From: Balanoglossus misakiensis
Taxonomy: Eukaryota > Animalia > Hemichordata
DNA: 64,000 nt
Direction: 5' to 3'
Assembly (NCBI GenBank): GCA_040954595.2
Contig: CM082577.2
Coordinates: forward strand, 11,689,654 to 11,753,653
Shown: positions 38,000-53,000 of the stretch, piece after piece
Position numbering within the stretch: the first letter of the stretch is position 1
How the letters are laid out: each line of letters starts with the position of its first letter
The notes under the pieces: generated by a model
What the model was told of the DNA's origin: nothing
What the model saw: only the letters and a program-made list of their open reading frames with translations
The model's database searches: none
Program-made: the position numbers and the translations under genes

Positions 38000-40900
38000 T
38001 AAAACAAATTCTGTGAAAATAACCCTGTGGTTGGCAGATAACAGTGTTGGCAAGTTCTTTGGCCACTATTTCAAACCCTTAAGTTGTTACACGGTATTTA
38101 ACGAAATAAATCTGGAGAAAAAAAAAATCAATGGCACAGCGGTTAAGTACATGTAGTTGACAAGTCTGTAAAAAATGATGGAATACACAGTGTGTACCAA
38201 CCATATGGTGAGTTAAGCTCCACATCGACCAGCAGTGTGACCTTTCTGAAATATACATGTATGGTTGTAAAGACTAGCTGTTTTGTCTCTTGAATGTTTA
38301 TTGTCGTAGTAATAAGTTAATGGTATCATTCGGCAGAAAGTTGTACCATGTCAGGTTTTACTTTCATATTTAATGGAATTAGAGTTTTCCATAAAATATG
38401 TACACATTGAGCGACCGTAAGACAAATGACACAGTTTGTAAAAATTTGGCAATGCTGAAGATGTGGTGTTGAACAGATAAATTCTTACCTTTTGCCTACT
38501 AGTATTTTAGTCAGTGCAAATGTCGTCATAAATTAATTTATAATATGAGAGAACTGGATGTTAGTGTCAATTAACAGTATAAAATAGTACTCTTACTCTT
38601 AGGGGGAAAAACGTTTTTTATTTTGTTTGTTTTTTGACAAAATGACATCATGAAGGAATTGAATTCTAGATGGCCTGGGTACAATATGTAAAAAAATAAT
38701 GTCACTTGAAATACTATACGTGTTTTTGAATTCCAAGGTGTTGATTTGCCTGAAGGTAACAAGGTTACAAGAATCGGTGACACTCAGTGCAGCGTCACCC
38801 AAAGTCACGCAGGAAAAGATCTTCATTCTCATTAAAATAGAGAGAGAGGTGACCTTGGATTTGAAATGGATCACCGGGCTTAGAATCCCAGTAGCTGTCC
38901 TTGTAAAATTGATAAGAGACAAAGGAATATTTAATAAGTGAAAGTGTTTTTGATATACGTGTAGAAACCTGTAAACGACAGATCGTGTGTTTGCATAGAA
39001 TAGCCATCATGAACAATACCGCGATGTGGGGATATTTATAGAATTGTTATATTGAAGGGTCGGAGGTACAGATGTTTAGATGTACAGGCTGTTGTGCCAG
39101 TGTTAAAGGAAATTAAACCCCCCATTTTATGACGAATATAGCAGCTGTTTTGTATTCAAATTGCAAAAGAGACGCTGGTTCTTTTGAGGTTTCGCTCATT
39201 TGAATGTCGTACTCCCGCATGGTAATTTGCATATAAAGGGAATAATGTATGAGGGGGTCATCGCAGTTTAGGGCATCAGGAATGAGACTGTATTCATCTG
39301 TAGGATAACAATTTCCTCTCGACATGGCAAAATAAAATTTTATTGGTCGGGACTTACAATTTAGGATGGAATAATTTGTTGTCAGTAATCAATTAGTAAT
39401 GGTGTATTCCGAATTTCCAAGTCATGATAGGAAATTCTAATTTCTATACGACTTTTCAGCTGCTACAATATCATTGAGATGTCGGAAGGCTTTTGTTGGA
39501 GAAATTTTTGCAACTACCGGTGACCAGTTTTTAAAGTCGTGAGCTAAATTAATTACTTTTCACTCACACCCAGTCCTTCCCTGTGTGGGAAGCCATTTTT
39601 GGTTTTTGGCTATTTTGTCAAAATTTGCATAACTTCAAAAAAAAAGCATATTGAACTTTAACCTTTACAACAGATAGGTTGGACAGATGACAAAATTTTC
39701 AATTTCAAAGTGGAAGGCTCGATGTCAATTGGCAATGCCCATCATGTTTGTCCTGTAGTCTGCTTCTTAGGAAATCACTTCTCCGTCACATCATTGACCA
39801 GTCGTCTCCATCAACCACTTACATCGAGTCTACTTCATAAAATTCACTTTCGGTTCGCATTAGTCGTAAATGAGCAGACCTCTAGTGTTGTCGGCCTCTC
39901 TTGTTTGATGCATGGAAGTATATAAAGACATGAATAAAACATTGTTTTTTGAAGAGGCTTAGAGGTACATACGATGTATGTATATGACAGATTGTGGACT
40001 GAGTATTCATTATGTATAGTCAGTCTAGAATCTATCCCGCATATAGTTGACTTTGCATTAATGATTTTGGCTTTGCATGAAAAGAGCCAGAAAAGCACAG
40101 AGTAGAGTCTAGACAGGCCATATTATTATTACAAGCTGATACAATTCCAGAGAAACTGACTATTCAATCGCACAACTTCCATCAAACACGGTCTAGCCAC
40201 TGAATGGCTAGTCTTAGAATCCAGACTTTTGCTACATTTTGTATGCTCCACACAAAAAGATACCAGTGCAGCTAATGGAGTTTTAAAAATGGTAACTGTC
40301 GCCAGTATTAAGCCGCTATGAATTGATACAGTTATCTACATTGTTTCATGTATTTTTACCCAGTCTAATCTCCAATCTTGTGTGTTTGGAACCATGCTCA
40401 TTATATAGATTGGTTGTGACTTCATAAAATTGTATCAGAGGCTTTTAAAGTTCTAGTTCTTCTATGTAGCAGAATTATAATATCAGCAGAAGTCAAACAC
40501 ATAGTTAGCATTCCCCTCATGCACTGTGATGTAATGATTATATTTCAGATAAAAACCCTTTACATGTACGTCTGTCTAACTCCTGAATAATAGAACTGCT
40601 TTTAATAGCAGTAAATGGTGGCTGGAGTTTACAACTTTCTTGTGCAAGTCCAGCAAAATATACTGTTCCATATTAAAGCTACACTCTGTACATGTACTCA
40701 ATCTCAAAGTATGTGCTTACACACTTCTCAGTTAAACAGTTATTCAGATGTTAAAAGTGTTTCAAATGAATTAGAATTGTATGTGCCGTTCTTGGCCAGT
40801 ATGAGATTAAACGCGTACATGTAAATGAAGACATTGGTAATGTATCTATTGCCAAGACGCAAACAAAGACATTGTAGGGTTTGTTTATCTAGGTGATGTT

Positions 40901-41047
40901 GTTATTTAAGGCATCCAGAAAAATCAACAGACTACAAACCTGGTGGGATTTGTCGGCAGTTTTGTATTCCAGTAGGTCGTTCAGTTGGTTGAGTTGAAAT
41001 TTTGCGGAGTTGCTGAACTCGTATCACTCTCCCTGGACGTACATGTA

Positions 41048-41484
41048 CAGTGCAGCTTAGGAATAGCTTTCCAACTGCACCAACACTGGGTCAGCTCTGT
41101 TTAAACACTGGGTCAACTCTGGGTTGGCACCCTATTGGCGCTCTAATTAGCACCTATTGGGCTTGTGTTTAACTGGGGTGTTCCAAAACAATAGGGTGCG
41201 CCAAGGTGCTAACACTGAACAATGCCAAGTGCCAGGGCCAACAGATTCACACCTTTGTAACACTTGGAACACACAGGCTAACACTGTGTGCCAAAACAAT
41301 AGGGTGCGCCAAGGTTTAACACCTTTGTAGCACATGCTAACACTGAACAATGCCAAGTGCCAGGGCCAACAGATTCACACCTTTGTAACACTTGGAACAC
41401 ACAGGCTAACACTGTGTTGGCTCATTATAAACACCGTGTCAGCAAGTTGTTAGCAAATTGGAAAGCTATTCCTAAGCTGCACTG
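41048..41484. mobile_element. 437-bp non-autonomous DNA transposon with 27-bp perfect TIR, TA flanks and an internal direct repeat
   Basis: TA|cagtgcagcttaggaatagctttccaa ... ttggaaagctattcctaagctgcactg|TA. An about 82-bp block is repeated at 41208 and 41336. Confidence 0.9.
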
Positions 41485-43501
41485 TATGTGTCTTTTTGCT
41501 GCTTTCAAATATCAACGGTCGTTTTCTGACTGTACGGTAATCTGTTGAAATAACTCTCCAGAGATTTAAAACCATATGCTCTAATCATTTCAATTTCTGT
41601 AATCTGAATGGTTAATGGCTGCATTTTCAAGTTCTGTTTTGTAATATGATCCTTTAAAACATTTTGGCAAAAGAGGAAACATTTCTATGTTTCGTCCACA
41701 AAGCGTATATACCAGTAGAAAATAACAAACACATGTATGTATGGTACATTTAATTTTACTCACATACATGTATGCAAGCATAACTATAATACAATTACAT
41801 GTAGGACAATACATGTACATGTAATGCTCACATATGTAAAAACAGATGATAGATTGAAAAAAAATTATGACTGCATATCCTGTGAATAACAGCACTGAGG
41901 AAATGTTTGCATTGCTTGTGAGAGTGATGTCATTGGTTTGATATCACATGTATCATGTACTGTCCTGTGCTTTTGGCTGAAAGTATGTGAAGGGCTGGTA
42001 TGACTATGATGTCCGTCTGTGACACAATGATCACAGTCAGTGCATGGATGAAGGACTGAACCGAGAGAACTGACGTAAACTGAGTGGGAAACACAAAGGA
42101 CCTGTTCGTACATGCATCTTATGATGCCAAAGCCGGCATTCTCAGGCGACATGTATTTTTAAACGGGCCATACCATTCAACAAAAGAGGCACCACAAAGG
42201 AGGGTAATTGATCCCTTTATCCGAGGATGTGTTCTGAGCCTCTTTTACTTGAAGGCATCTCGGTGCATATCAACCACTTTGTCGTGAATACAGATGAGGT
42301 CAGACTGGCCATTGGTACATTCAGGATTGGAAGTGCATGTTTATTGATATAAATGCTGGATTTGAGATACAGCATGCTGGTGGTAGCCATCAGGTTTTCA
42401 ACAGAGAACGACATAATCATTCATGCGTGTGTCTTTCCACTCCAAGTATCTGTACTGTGCGTTCACATGTATAACAGATGTTTTGTTTTGTCTCTTTGCT
42501 GATGTACAAATCGAACCACCATGACATTAATGTCAAGTGTTAAATATGATGATGCCTTGTGAAGGTTCTGATAGGAAGACTGCCCTCTACAGTTCAAAAT
42601 AAACATTCATATTTTACGATGTACATGTAAATGGTTTAACAACTAAGGGAGTGGGTGCTATGTCATAATAATTGGCACACTGATTTAACTTGGTCAGCGA
42701 ATTTCTCATTCAAAACATTATGAATAGAAGTGAAACTATTTTATGGTATTGTGAACAACATTTCTGAATCATGAACAGTTTTAAAACCATGTGACTTGTA
42801 CGTGTAGGCAAGAGCATACATTGTATAATCTTATAACAGTGTGCGCATGTTATTGTTTAGCTGGAAAATTGACAATTGTGAAATATTAGCTGAAGGAACC
42901 AAATTCTTCTTGTTTTAACGTGATGAAGTAACTGGTGATGGTGATCACAAACAAAGGCAGAATTGTAATCACAGTGGCAGAAATCACTGTACATGTATAC
43001 TACTTTTATGACCCTTTATTGTTCTTCCAAATCTGACCTAAGACTCTTAACAGCTGTGGAATGAAGTCTGTGGATTTGTTTTCCCAAACCGATCCATTCC
43101 TAAGTTGGCAATCCACACAGGTCACTGAGTAGAAGCGGTTGTTTGTCCTTTGGGGTGAAAGGTCGTGTGAGGTGGCCTTGTTGGGAGGCAGGAGTGGTGG
43201 AGTGCTGAGGGGCGACAGTGCTTATGACTTTGTGGAGTCACTGAGGTTTGGAGACACCTGCAACTGAGAAGGAAATACAAAAACCATTGTGATAATGATT
43301 AGATTATGAAAACTTTTTTGAGCAATTAGTTCAGAAATGTGAAGATTAGATTGCGTACATGTATACATGTGTTACAAAGGCAATTACATATATAGATTTG
43401 ATAAGATTGAAAAAATTACAAGGCTGTACATAGTATGTAGTTGTAAGAAAGTATATCTGTAAACTTAGTAAAATGTGTGTATAATTAGCAGGTGCTTTGA
43501 A

Positions 43502-43587
43502 CCCTTTCACTGCCATGGTCCAGTCCAAGCCCATTGTTTTCTATGGTAAGCTTGGATCTCTAAAGAGGGAACTGGGGTGTGAAAGGG
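43502..43587. mobile_element. 86-bp piggyBac-like MITE
   Basis: ccctttcac ... gtgaaaggg|TTAA, left flank tgaa. Three related copies occur in the window. Confidence 0.65.
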
Positions 43588-45245
43588 TTAAGATTGAATT
43601 AATCTGATTATGAGTAGCGAGAGAGATTAATGATTTATGTGGTCAGCTGTTTAAAAAAAAAAAAAAAACTCATGATGTTTGGATTGAAGAGTGTACCATT
43701 CAATGACAGCATAATTTTGGGATATGCAGATGAGAGAGGTAGCCATGATTAGCCATGTGACTCAGCTGTTGTCGATCAGAAGTTCTGTTGGGAGTAACAC
43801 AAATAATGATGACATTTTGAATTGAACCTCAGTCGTTGGGGTGTAAACTGTAAGGGCCGGACTGTCCCAACTGCCCATCCGTTGGCCTGCCAATAACTTA
43901 GCCATGCAGTGCACATCACCCTGATGGATTACCAATTACAAGCATGAAAAGCGCTGAAGCCTGCAGGATTTCCCATTACATCAACATCACAATTGCCACA
44001 AAAAATAATTATCCCATTTCACCCCTAGCTGTGTCCATTGAGTCAAAAGAAAGGACTTTTTCCAGTTGATGAAGTCCGAAATATATATGTGCAAGTTTCT
44101 TTCATTGTGTTTGTTCCCGATGATCATTCTTGGTTTTAATGTTCCTCCCAGACTAAACGGTTTACAAGAATGAGTGCATAAAAATTCCGTGCATCAAAAG
44201 GAGGTCACATTGCTGGGTTTATTTCTTTAACATTTTTAAGGGTCAGGGAATGGATAAGGTTATGCTTTGTGACCCGAGTAAAATTTCTGCTATGTGGCTG
44301 CCCTCTAACGACAATACATTATTTCCTTTTGTTTTATCACCGAATATGCCAGAATGGTGTTGAAGGTAATCACAAAACATTGTAAAACTAGTGATACATA
44401 ATAAATAAAGAAGTTACATAATATTGGCATAAGACAAAGAAACTGATCAAAGTTTTTTTTTCTTTTTCTTTTTTTCATAATGCAGGTTCAAAGGAGGGAA
44501 GAAAACGACACATGTCTTAAAAGCAATGAGGTAATGTTCTATTCCATCAAAATTCTGTACTCCATTTATGTGTCAGTAGAAATCCATACATGTACATACC
44601 CACCCACACACACATACACTGTAACACATGCAAGCTAGACTCTCTCACAGCCCACGGTTCAATACAAGGCTCTTCACTGACACGCCCTCAACCGTTCAGC
44701 AAAGGAGAAGCCCCATATGGTGTTGTGAAGCGCAATCAGACCATAAGCCTGCAGCATGGACGGCGAGAGGGGCTGTGAGAGAGTCAACAAGCAAGCATGC
44801 TTTGATACTTCGATAGTGATACACTTGTACATGTACTGCCATATACATTGGTAGCAATAAGGTCTTTCCTGTCATTCTTACATACATACATACATGTACC
44901 TTCACACATATTGCCACCACTATTGTCAATCTATAAAATGTGCTTTGCAGCCAATTTGAAAATTGACAAGTCACAGCCTGAGCCGAGTTTGTTGATTTGT
45001 GACAAGTCATAGTAAATATTGGTATTTGAACAACACATAAAGGTTCCTGCTGTATGAAATGAAGATGGTTCATGAAATAGCCATGCCAAATATAGGTCTG
45101 ATCCTCTATAGTAAATGCTGGCATCAAGCATTTACTATTGAGTCTTTTGTAATTAAATTTAAAAGCAACCTGATTTCCCCCATGAGTTGCGTTATTGGGG
45201 TTGGAAAATTTCCCTGGTGATGGAACTTCCAGTAGCAGCTGGGAG

Positions 45246-45263
45246 GACGCCCTCTGGTGGCGG
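45246..45263 (-). promoter_or_regulatory. CTCF-like motif
   Basis: Reverse complement CCGCCACCAGAGGGCGTC is close to the bilaterian CTCF core. Motif match only. Confidence 0.35.
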
Positions 45264-46583
45264 AGTCTGTCTAGCAGTTTGTTTATCATGAAGTGTTGTG
45301 TTCTACAGTTATTACAGCCAATGACGCAGTGAAAGTGACATGTTATGATTAATGTAACCTATGTTATTGTCTACACTTCCTGGATTGGGAGCATCATTGT
45401 CGTTTTTAGAATATGACTAAGTGCGTCATTTACACATGATATAAATTTCTAATATATTTATCAAGTTAGGTTTCAAAAAGTTCAAAGATTCCCCTGTATG
45501 TCTTTTGGTGAAGAAAACAATGGAAGAGGTTTCTCTGTGGAAATCTAACAACTGGAAAGGATTTATACAAATGTGTGCTTATGAAAATTCTATAATTGGA
45601 GAAAAACTGACAGCTTGAGGAAGTGATTTTATTGTGGGTATGTTTTCATTAAGAACAGATGTCAATTTCTTGGAGAAACCCCCTTGAACTTTGATCCCAA
45701 TAAATTCTACCAAGCACCACAAGATGTCCATGACCAGTCAGAGATGACAAGGTTGGATATGTTGTAGTGTGTCTGGTATGTTGTGTGTTGTTTAGAGGCT
45801 TTATAGATGATAAAATATTCAACACCAATCAGTGAAAGGATTGTGCAGCTAGTATTTTTTCAAAGCTGTACTACTTTGCGAATCTCCTGTACCTTGTTTG
45901 TAGAGTTTTAAACTCAATGTTGATGTCTATATTACATGTATCATTACATTTTTGTAATAATCAAATTAGTCACTTGCGACTTTCAAAAATTAAATTCTTT
46001 ACTATTAAATTAGCAAACACTTCCCTGAATATGAAAGGTACTTTGTTGAGTTTGGATTTCAAATGTTCTATATTGTATGCGGGGCACACAGCTGTCACAA
46101 ATTATTGATACAATACCGAGATAAGTTGATATCGTTGATTATGACAGTCCATAATGCATCACCCCTTCTAAGTTGTCTTGTCACAGGGGTCCATCAGCAG
46201 GCCATGTTGTACAATCAGATTATCCAGTCCTTGAGAACTGCAACCCTTGAATGCTGATTTTTGGAGTGGGTGGCCGCATTTTATTGGATTTCTGTGTTTT
46301 TGATAGATCCTGTTGTGAAGGCACTATATGCCATTGGCATGCTAGTGAGAAATTTTACCTGTGTGAGACGCATTGCAATACAATTCTTATTTCGGGTTAA
46401 TACCATTCCAGCCTCTTTCAAATTGAAGAGACTTGTGATTATGTCATGCTGCGCACATCGCAGTGCATGCAAACTGCATTATTTCGAATAAAATTGACGA
46501 GAATTTCTTCAAATGCTAAATCTCTCGTGTTCTCTGCAGCTGTTTACGTGATAGATGTTTTGGCTATCTGTGGGCATGTTAGA

Positions 46584-46604
46584 ATGACTTGTATGCTGAG
46601 AAAA
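46584..46604 (+). CDS. Candidate alternative first exon (MTCMLRK)
   Basis: agaATG followed by AAA|gtgagt in phase 0, immediately before a CpG-rich patch (46.6-47.0 kb). Very short, so it could be chance. Confidence 0.3.
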
Positions 46605-47932
46605 GTGAGTGATATATGTCGTATCGACCCCTCCCGCCAGTTAGCCGTGTTGAGCTATTTGTGACATTTCCCACAATGCAACGCCCGTGGCACCGTGCCA
46701 ACCGACCGGCATGACATCATCGATTGATGTCGGGGGGATATGGCAGATTGCTAGCGCATCAGTCCGCGGGATTGACAGCGCGAGCCGAAAGAAGTGAGCT
46801 GGACAGTGGTGCGTGTCCTCGTTGTCCCAAAACGAGGGGACAGTGCCTTTCTCCAGAGACGGTGTTTGTTAATTGTTTGAAATTGCCTCGCCCCTTCATC
46901 TAATAACCGGGGACCCCGTTTTTCTAATGAAAATCCAGGTGATGTGCGTCTGGGGAAATTAGACCCATCACCATTAATGAAACCGCCATTTAGGAGAAGG
47001 AACACCTGTGTTTTATTTTGAGTGTGTCGTCACTTTTCCGAAGAATTTTTTTTTATCTGAAAAAAATAAGATTCCAGATTCTCTGTAGTGGAAAGCACGA
47101 ACACTTTATTAAATACATTCACAATTCATGAAAAGTTGAAAGAAACCTAGTTCTTTCTTTGCCAAAAGAGACTCCTCAGTCTACTGTTGTGTACACCCTG
47201 AGGCACCACATATCAAACATATATACATGTAGGCTCTCTTTCCCCTAGCTGAACCGATCGGATCACGGAGCCCATCCACAGAGAAATCTTTACATTTGTA
47301 CAATATTTCACACGAAAGATGAAGTGTTATGTAGGGACCCCTCTCCTTTCTGCGGTGTGGTGCATTATGGGAGCTGTGGGACACCATCAATAATTAAGCT
47401 TTCATTAAGGCCTAACGAAGTCTTGTTGCTTAGCTGATGAATTTTTCAAAGTTATGTAAGATGATCATCGATGTCTCGTGACTCGTATATCTCGTGCAAT
47501 CATTCTTCATTTAGAGTGAACATCTATTATCCAGGTTCTGTCGTTTTAATGTTCGTCGAGATCTTCGTAATTCCAAAATAATCATAGAAATATTACCTTA
47601 TGTCTACATGTACGTTTAAAAATTTAAAGTAGCAGTTTCACTTTGTGCAGTTTGCTAAACTCATTCCGTAGCGACAGGGTCTAATTATTGCTAGTTTACG
47701 GAAAAAATTGCATTAGACGTTGTAAAGGTCAACAAAACGGAAAGAATCCTAACTATGGAGCTTTAAAAAGTTGTGTTGGCTCATTGCCGTGTCTCTCTGC
47801 TTGTCTGCTATTGAGAATGAGAGTAATTTGCAGTGTTGCTTGTAACTCAGTGGTTCAGATTAGCCTAGATTCTCTCAATCCTTTCAGATGCTTGACGCAC
47901 ACAGATACTATTTGCCTGGCTGAGCTGTTTAA

Positions 47933-48286
47933 AGGGACAAAGTCTCTCTCTCGTTGCCCTTTTTCTATTGATTATGTTTGATACAAGACACCGTTTATGT
48001 TGATGTACATGTGGATATATAGTGATTCAACGTTCGACCACACACACCTTCCATCCCGCTTGTAGACACGAGAGTGAAAAAACTCACCGAAATGAATAAT
48101 TGGTCTTTACCATTTATTCATTTTGGGTGAGTTTTTACTCTCATATCCTACAAACGGGATGAAAGTTGTGTGTGATCAAACGGTCATTCATTATATATCT
48201 ACTTGTAGAATATTATAAAATAAATGGTGTCTTGTATCAAACATAATTAATGGAAAAAAGGGCGGCGACAGAGAGACTTTGTCCCT
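47933..48286. mobile_element. 354-bp MITE with TTAA TSD (Kolobok-like), same family as 16357-16649 in the opposite orientation
   Basis: TTAA|agggacaaagtctctct ... agagagactttgtccct|TTAA, with shared internal sequence. Confidence 0.9.
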
Positions 48287-49973
48287 TTAACTAGCTGGCC
48301 TATTTTAGGCGCTCAACCCGGCCTAGTATTTCACACTTCTATCGCTATGCAACTTCACTTTCCCAAATACGATCCTCACCTTTCCCAGTGTATTATCATT
48401 CCGAGCATTTCAGGAAGCCTATTGGGGTTGGCAAAGGTGAGGCATGCAAGCCACAAGAATAACTTGTGCTTCCAGAAATATGTCAAAGACGTCAGCGTTG
48501 AGCCTAAAAGTATGGCGCAAATGACGCGGCCAGATGGTGTTTGTGAATATTTGGAGAGTAGTATTTTGATATTTTAGTCAGATGCTTGTGCTATGTGTGT
48601 GTCGTCAGCTATTAACAGATGGATTGCAACTACATTGTAGTTAACCTTAAATAGTATGCTACGTTCTCTGAAAAGCAATCGTTTCTGCCGCAATACATAT
48701 TTTACAGTTCTGTTTATAATCTAGCCAGTGTTTTTGTTGCAGACTTTTGTACAAAAATCTGATAAAGCTAGCATGATATCAGATGATGAACTGTGACACT
48801 TTTGCGACTGACTATGTGTAACCATGGTAATTGGTATGAGTGTGGTTCTGTGATAATACAAAATGTAATCACCCATCATCCCCATGGCCCTGTCATTCCA
48901 CTAAGCGCGTGCACACACACACACAGATCATAGTTGCTTGGGGGTTGTTACACTGCGATTGCTTCTATGACTTACAAAAGGCACATGCAAGTTCTGAAGA
49001 TGTTTTTTACTCACACAGAGGCAAAATTTAATCAAGAAATTGGCACCGATACCACCCATTCCATATCAAAATTCATCCGCTATCCTGTTTGCCCATTAAT
49101 ATCAATCGTCCGTGTGTTTTGGGGGCGATTTTTGGAGGGAACTACGCTTTCTACACTCAATCCACTTTTGAGCTACCTACCCAGATGAGCAGAGTTGTGA
49201 TTGGCTAGTAGCCCCTACCTAATATGCATTTTCTCACTAGGCAACCAATCACAGCGTCGCAACTTTCCAGCCAACCGAGGTACCTCGAAAGTATATTTTG
49301 TTCCAAGACTTTTTCACAGCCATACATAAGATATAGTCCCAGATAGGAGCAATCACAACTTGTAAAAACCCGCAAGCTACTATGACCCTAGTCTACATTC
49401 TTTCTTTCTTCATCACTATAGCAAGGCTTTCAAGTAGATGTTTGGGTCTTAATCTCTACATAACTGATTGTAAACTCTAATGACCAATTTCAACAAACAA
49501 AGTGCAGAGATTGTCTTAAAAGCAAACATATTGGCACACAAGGAGCTCCACCTATAAACAGTCCAACACAAATGCCATCCTCAGTTACTTCTTCAGTCTA
49601 AATTTCTTGTCATGATTTTACTGTGTTCGTTATAAAGCATAGGTGATCTCCAACCAAATTTTTCAAAGGTTGTATTATCTGCATTCTGGCCTGCAGTATG
49701 TATCTCACAAATATGGGGGGGGGGGGCTGTTTTGCTCTATAAAAAATGACCAGTTTAGTGAGTAATTATTACTGAAAAGTGAAATTCGATAAGGAAAAAA
49801 GTCGTGAATGATGAGTTGATGGGGTAATTTTAATGATTGATTGCATCTGTCCAGCTGAACTCTTTATCGTCGTTTGTATTTAGTAGATGGATAGTCACTG
49901 TTTTTAGATTGATGGCTTTGAATGCACACATGCATCCAGGTGTTTTGGGACAGAGTCACCCATCTTGACAGCT

Positions 49974-50052
49974 TAGTCTAGAATCTAGACTTCTTGTATG
50001 TGTTTTTTCGCTATGCTCTGTGAAAAAACACACAAGTCTGGATTCTAGACTA
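49974..50052. mobile_element. Hairpin MITE, TAGTCTAG family
   Basis: tagtctagaatctagactt ... aagtctggattctagacta; flanks ttgacagct / atgacagct (8/9 match). Confidence 0.85.
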
Positions 50053-53000
50053 ATGACAGCTACAGTGTAAAGCCTAGTACCATTCTGCATAGTCTGTCTT
50101 CACTTACATTGAGGTTATGAGGGATTTAGTGTGGCTATGTATCCATGGAATGCGCATAGCACAGATGTCAGCGACTGGGGGGACAGTTTTGAGAGCTGTC
50201 AGAAATACGGCACAGGTGATGAAATGAAACGCTTCGTGAGTTATTCTACGTCGTAAAAATGACTGCCTGATGAATACATCCAATTTTAATGCCGTCATCT
50301 GTATCAAGTTGCCTAAAGTGCATATGCATTTTTTGAAAAGTACAATCTTGGATGGAATGCCTGCAATATAGCTCGGCATTCCAAGTTGTTTTTTTGACAT
50401 CCTCTTATATTTCAGTATGATGGGCCACATTTAGCCAGCGCGGTCTGTCTCCAACTGATTCACGTCCGCTGTGGAGGTCAATAGCACATTAGCAGCCAGG
50501 GTGACTGTTATTTCCAGGGTTATAGTTGGGTCAAATGCATGCCATGCTAAATGTATAGATAGTATCTAGTTGTACAGATATGTATGTGTTGGCCGCATTT
50601 GCTAACATGAAAAACACGTACGGCTAGATACTGTTACTAGACTTTGCAGACTGAATGACAAACATGTACGTGTAGATACAAATACTAGACTTTGCAGAAA
50701 GATGCTGTCTCTCAAAGTAGTGATGTTCTTCACATTATGTGTGATCTTACAATCTGTACAATCTGTCAGGGAAATGGCCATGGCTAAAGAGTCTTCTCAG
50801 GGGGTTTAGGTTTGATCTCTGTCTACACACTTGCACGTTTGAAGACAGCTGTGCTTGACTCAGAGTCAGTGTTACATGTATTCATGGCTCCACCTGGGAC
50901 CAGGGTGGCATGAATGCATTCGCGCGCTCAAATTTTAGGCTGTACGTACCTAATCTTAGGCCGAGCCAAAGTAGCCCGACTGTAGTCTGTCTTACATAGA
51001 GCATGCCCACATTGGTGCCAACTTACATAAAAATGTAAAACCTAAACAGGGCTGATATAAACTTTATAATGTGAACCCACTAAAATATCTTCCAAGTTCC
51101 AGGAAATGTAAATTTTCTTTCAATTCATTCCTTTCTGCTCACTCTTTTAATTTATTACTGGTAGATGATATGAAACATTTCGGTGCCTGCAGGGGGCTGC
51201 AAGGAGTAGCAGGGTGCAACACACAATAGAATGTGAGTCATCACTTGTGTTATCAAATTATACAGACCCCACCCACGTGCCACCCTATCTTATTGCTGTG
51301 ATGTCTTTGAAAGTTGTAGAGTTGTAACTTTTGGCAATTTCTTCAGTATTTCTATATCAAGATTTCTTGTTCGGCTCACAGAGGAGGGCTTAGATTTGTA
51401 ACGTTAATCTTCTAATCGTAGCAAATGTGCATCCCAGTGATATACATGTACGTTTATTGTTTAAAATTTGTATTCAAATCCAGGATTTGAATGTGTTCGT
51501 CAACAATAACAATGATTACACATGTGGTTTTTGTCAACAATAACAATGACTTGTTGACAAACAGTAAATTGGGCATGTTTGGATGATGTAGCGAGGAGAA
51601 CAAGAAAATGTAGTTGATAGTGATATATAAAGAAAAGCCAGAAGATACACATATCGTGGGCAGGCCCTTTAACAGAGCCAGAAAATAAGGATGATCAAGT
51701 ACATGTACGGGTTATAGCCATATTTTAGAAAATTAAATAGAGACATGATCGCTGTAAAGTTTTTTCAAAGCGCCTTAGGGAGACTGCTCAGAGTAGTCAG
51801 GCAGCTCATTGGGTAATTTAGCGTTTCCTGTGAACAGTTTGTTTATTTGTTCCGTGGTTTATTTTGTTAATTCTACAGTTAATGGTTTTAGCTTTGACCA
51901 GAATCAACAATACTGTCTTGAAATCTTTATCGTGATTGGCCAGTCTGTACTTTCCCACCTGAACGAAAAAAAATATGCTCTGTTGTTGTGCGCTAGCTGC
52001 CTGCATACTTTGAACTGTGTCACAGACCCATTTGTCGCTTTCCTCCCCGCAGAACAGCATCATGTACCGATGTTGTAATTGTGTCACAGAGCAAGTGGAG
52101 TGAAAATAAAAAGTGGATGGAATGCGGCTCGACCCTTTGACCTCTGCGTATTAGTTATGTTGATTTGGTGTCTGGAATTTGATCATTACCCGTTAGAATT
52201 AATAGAGTGAATTTAATGAAAATAGCATGTGGGGGCTGGGGGCACAGGAGGACTGTTAAACTCAGAGCAGGGTGGCCGTTAGGGCAGTCTCCAATGATAC
52301 AAATAAGAGAGCAACAGCCAGCCATATGGGCAACTGTTAATTTATATGATGTTCGGTTTTATTTGTAGTGATAAAAGACGGAACAAGGCCGACATCATAT
52401 TCATAAACTGTGCACATAGCGGCAGCCGCAGGCCAGGGTGTTATGACTGGTATGGGGATAGGGCCAGGGTTGCCGGATGGACTTTTGACCCCCCCCCCCC
52501 CCTATGGATACACCGCCCCCTCCCTACCATATACGTCACATTCAAATATAACTTATAAGTTGCCAATATGCCACCCTGTTGGCAAGTCTGCACTTTATGT
52601 TTTATATCTGACCCCCACCCTAAAAATAAGTATTTACATTTATACCCACATTTTGTGTACCTATAATTCCAAATTATGTATGCTCAGTGGTATTTAAGGC
52701 ACTGGTGGATTTGTTTTTAACATGAGTCAGTAAATAGTTGAAATTAGGATGAATACGTGAAGTGTTTGTGCGATCCTCACTAGTAAATGTAGTCTAGAAT
52801 CCACTTTTTTTCTCTCGCAAGTCTGGTTTCTGGAGAGTAGTACATTTGTAAATTATGCTGCAGCTGGCAACAAGCAATGGAATTTTGTGATGAAATTTAA
52901 AAGCAACCTGCCGTTCCCTCATGAGTTGTGGTATTGCGGTCGCTGGGGCAACGTAAAATACGAACTACATTCGTAGTAAAAATGTCAAGTTATATCTAAA

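Noticed and set aside
38699-38755. Further phase-0 ATG...donor candidates (MSLEILYVFLNSKVLICLK|gtaaca; also accATG|gtaatt near 48824)
   Set aside because: Weak donors and no clear CpG-rich context; indistinguishable from chance.
44696-45289. 197-aa minus-strand ORF
   Set aside because: No motif or splice support; it overlaps simple repeats and a dispersed repeat also seen near 52865-52935.
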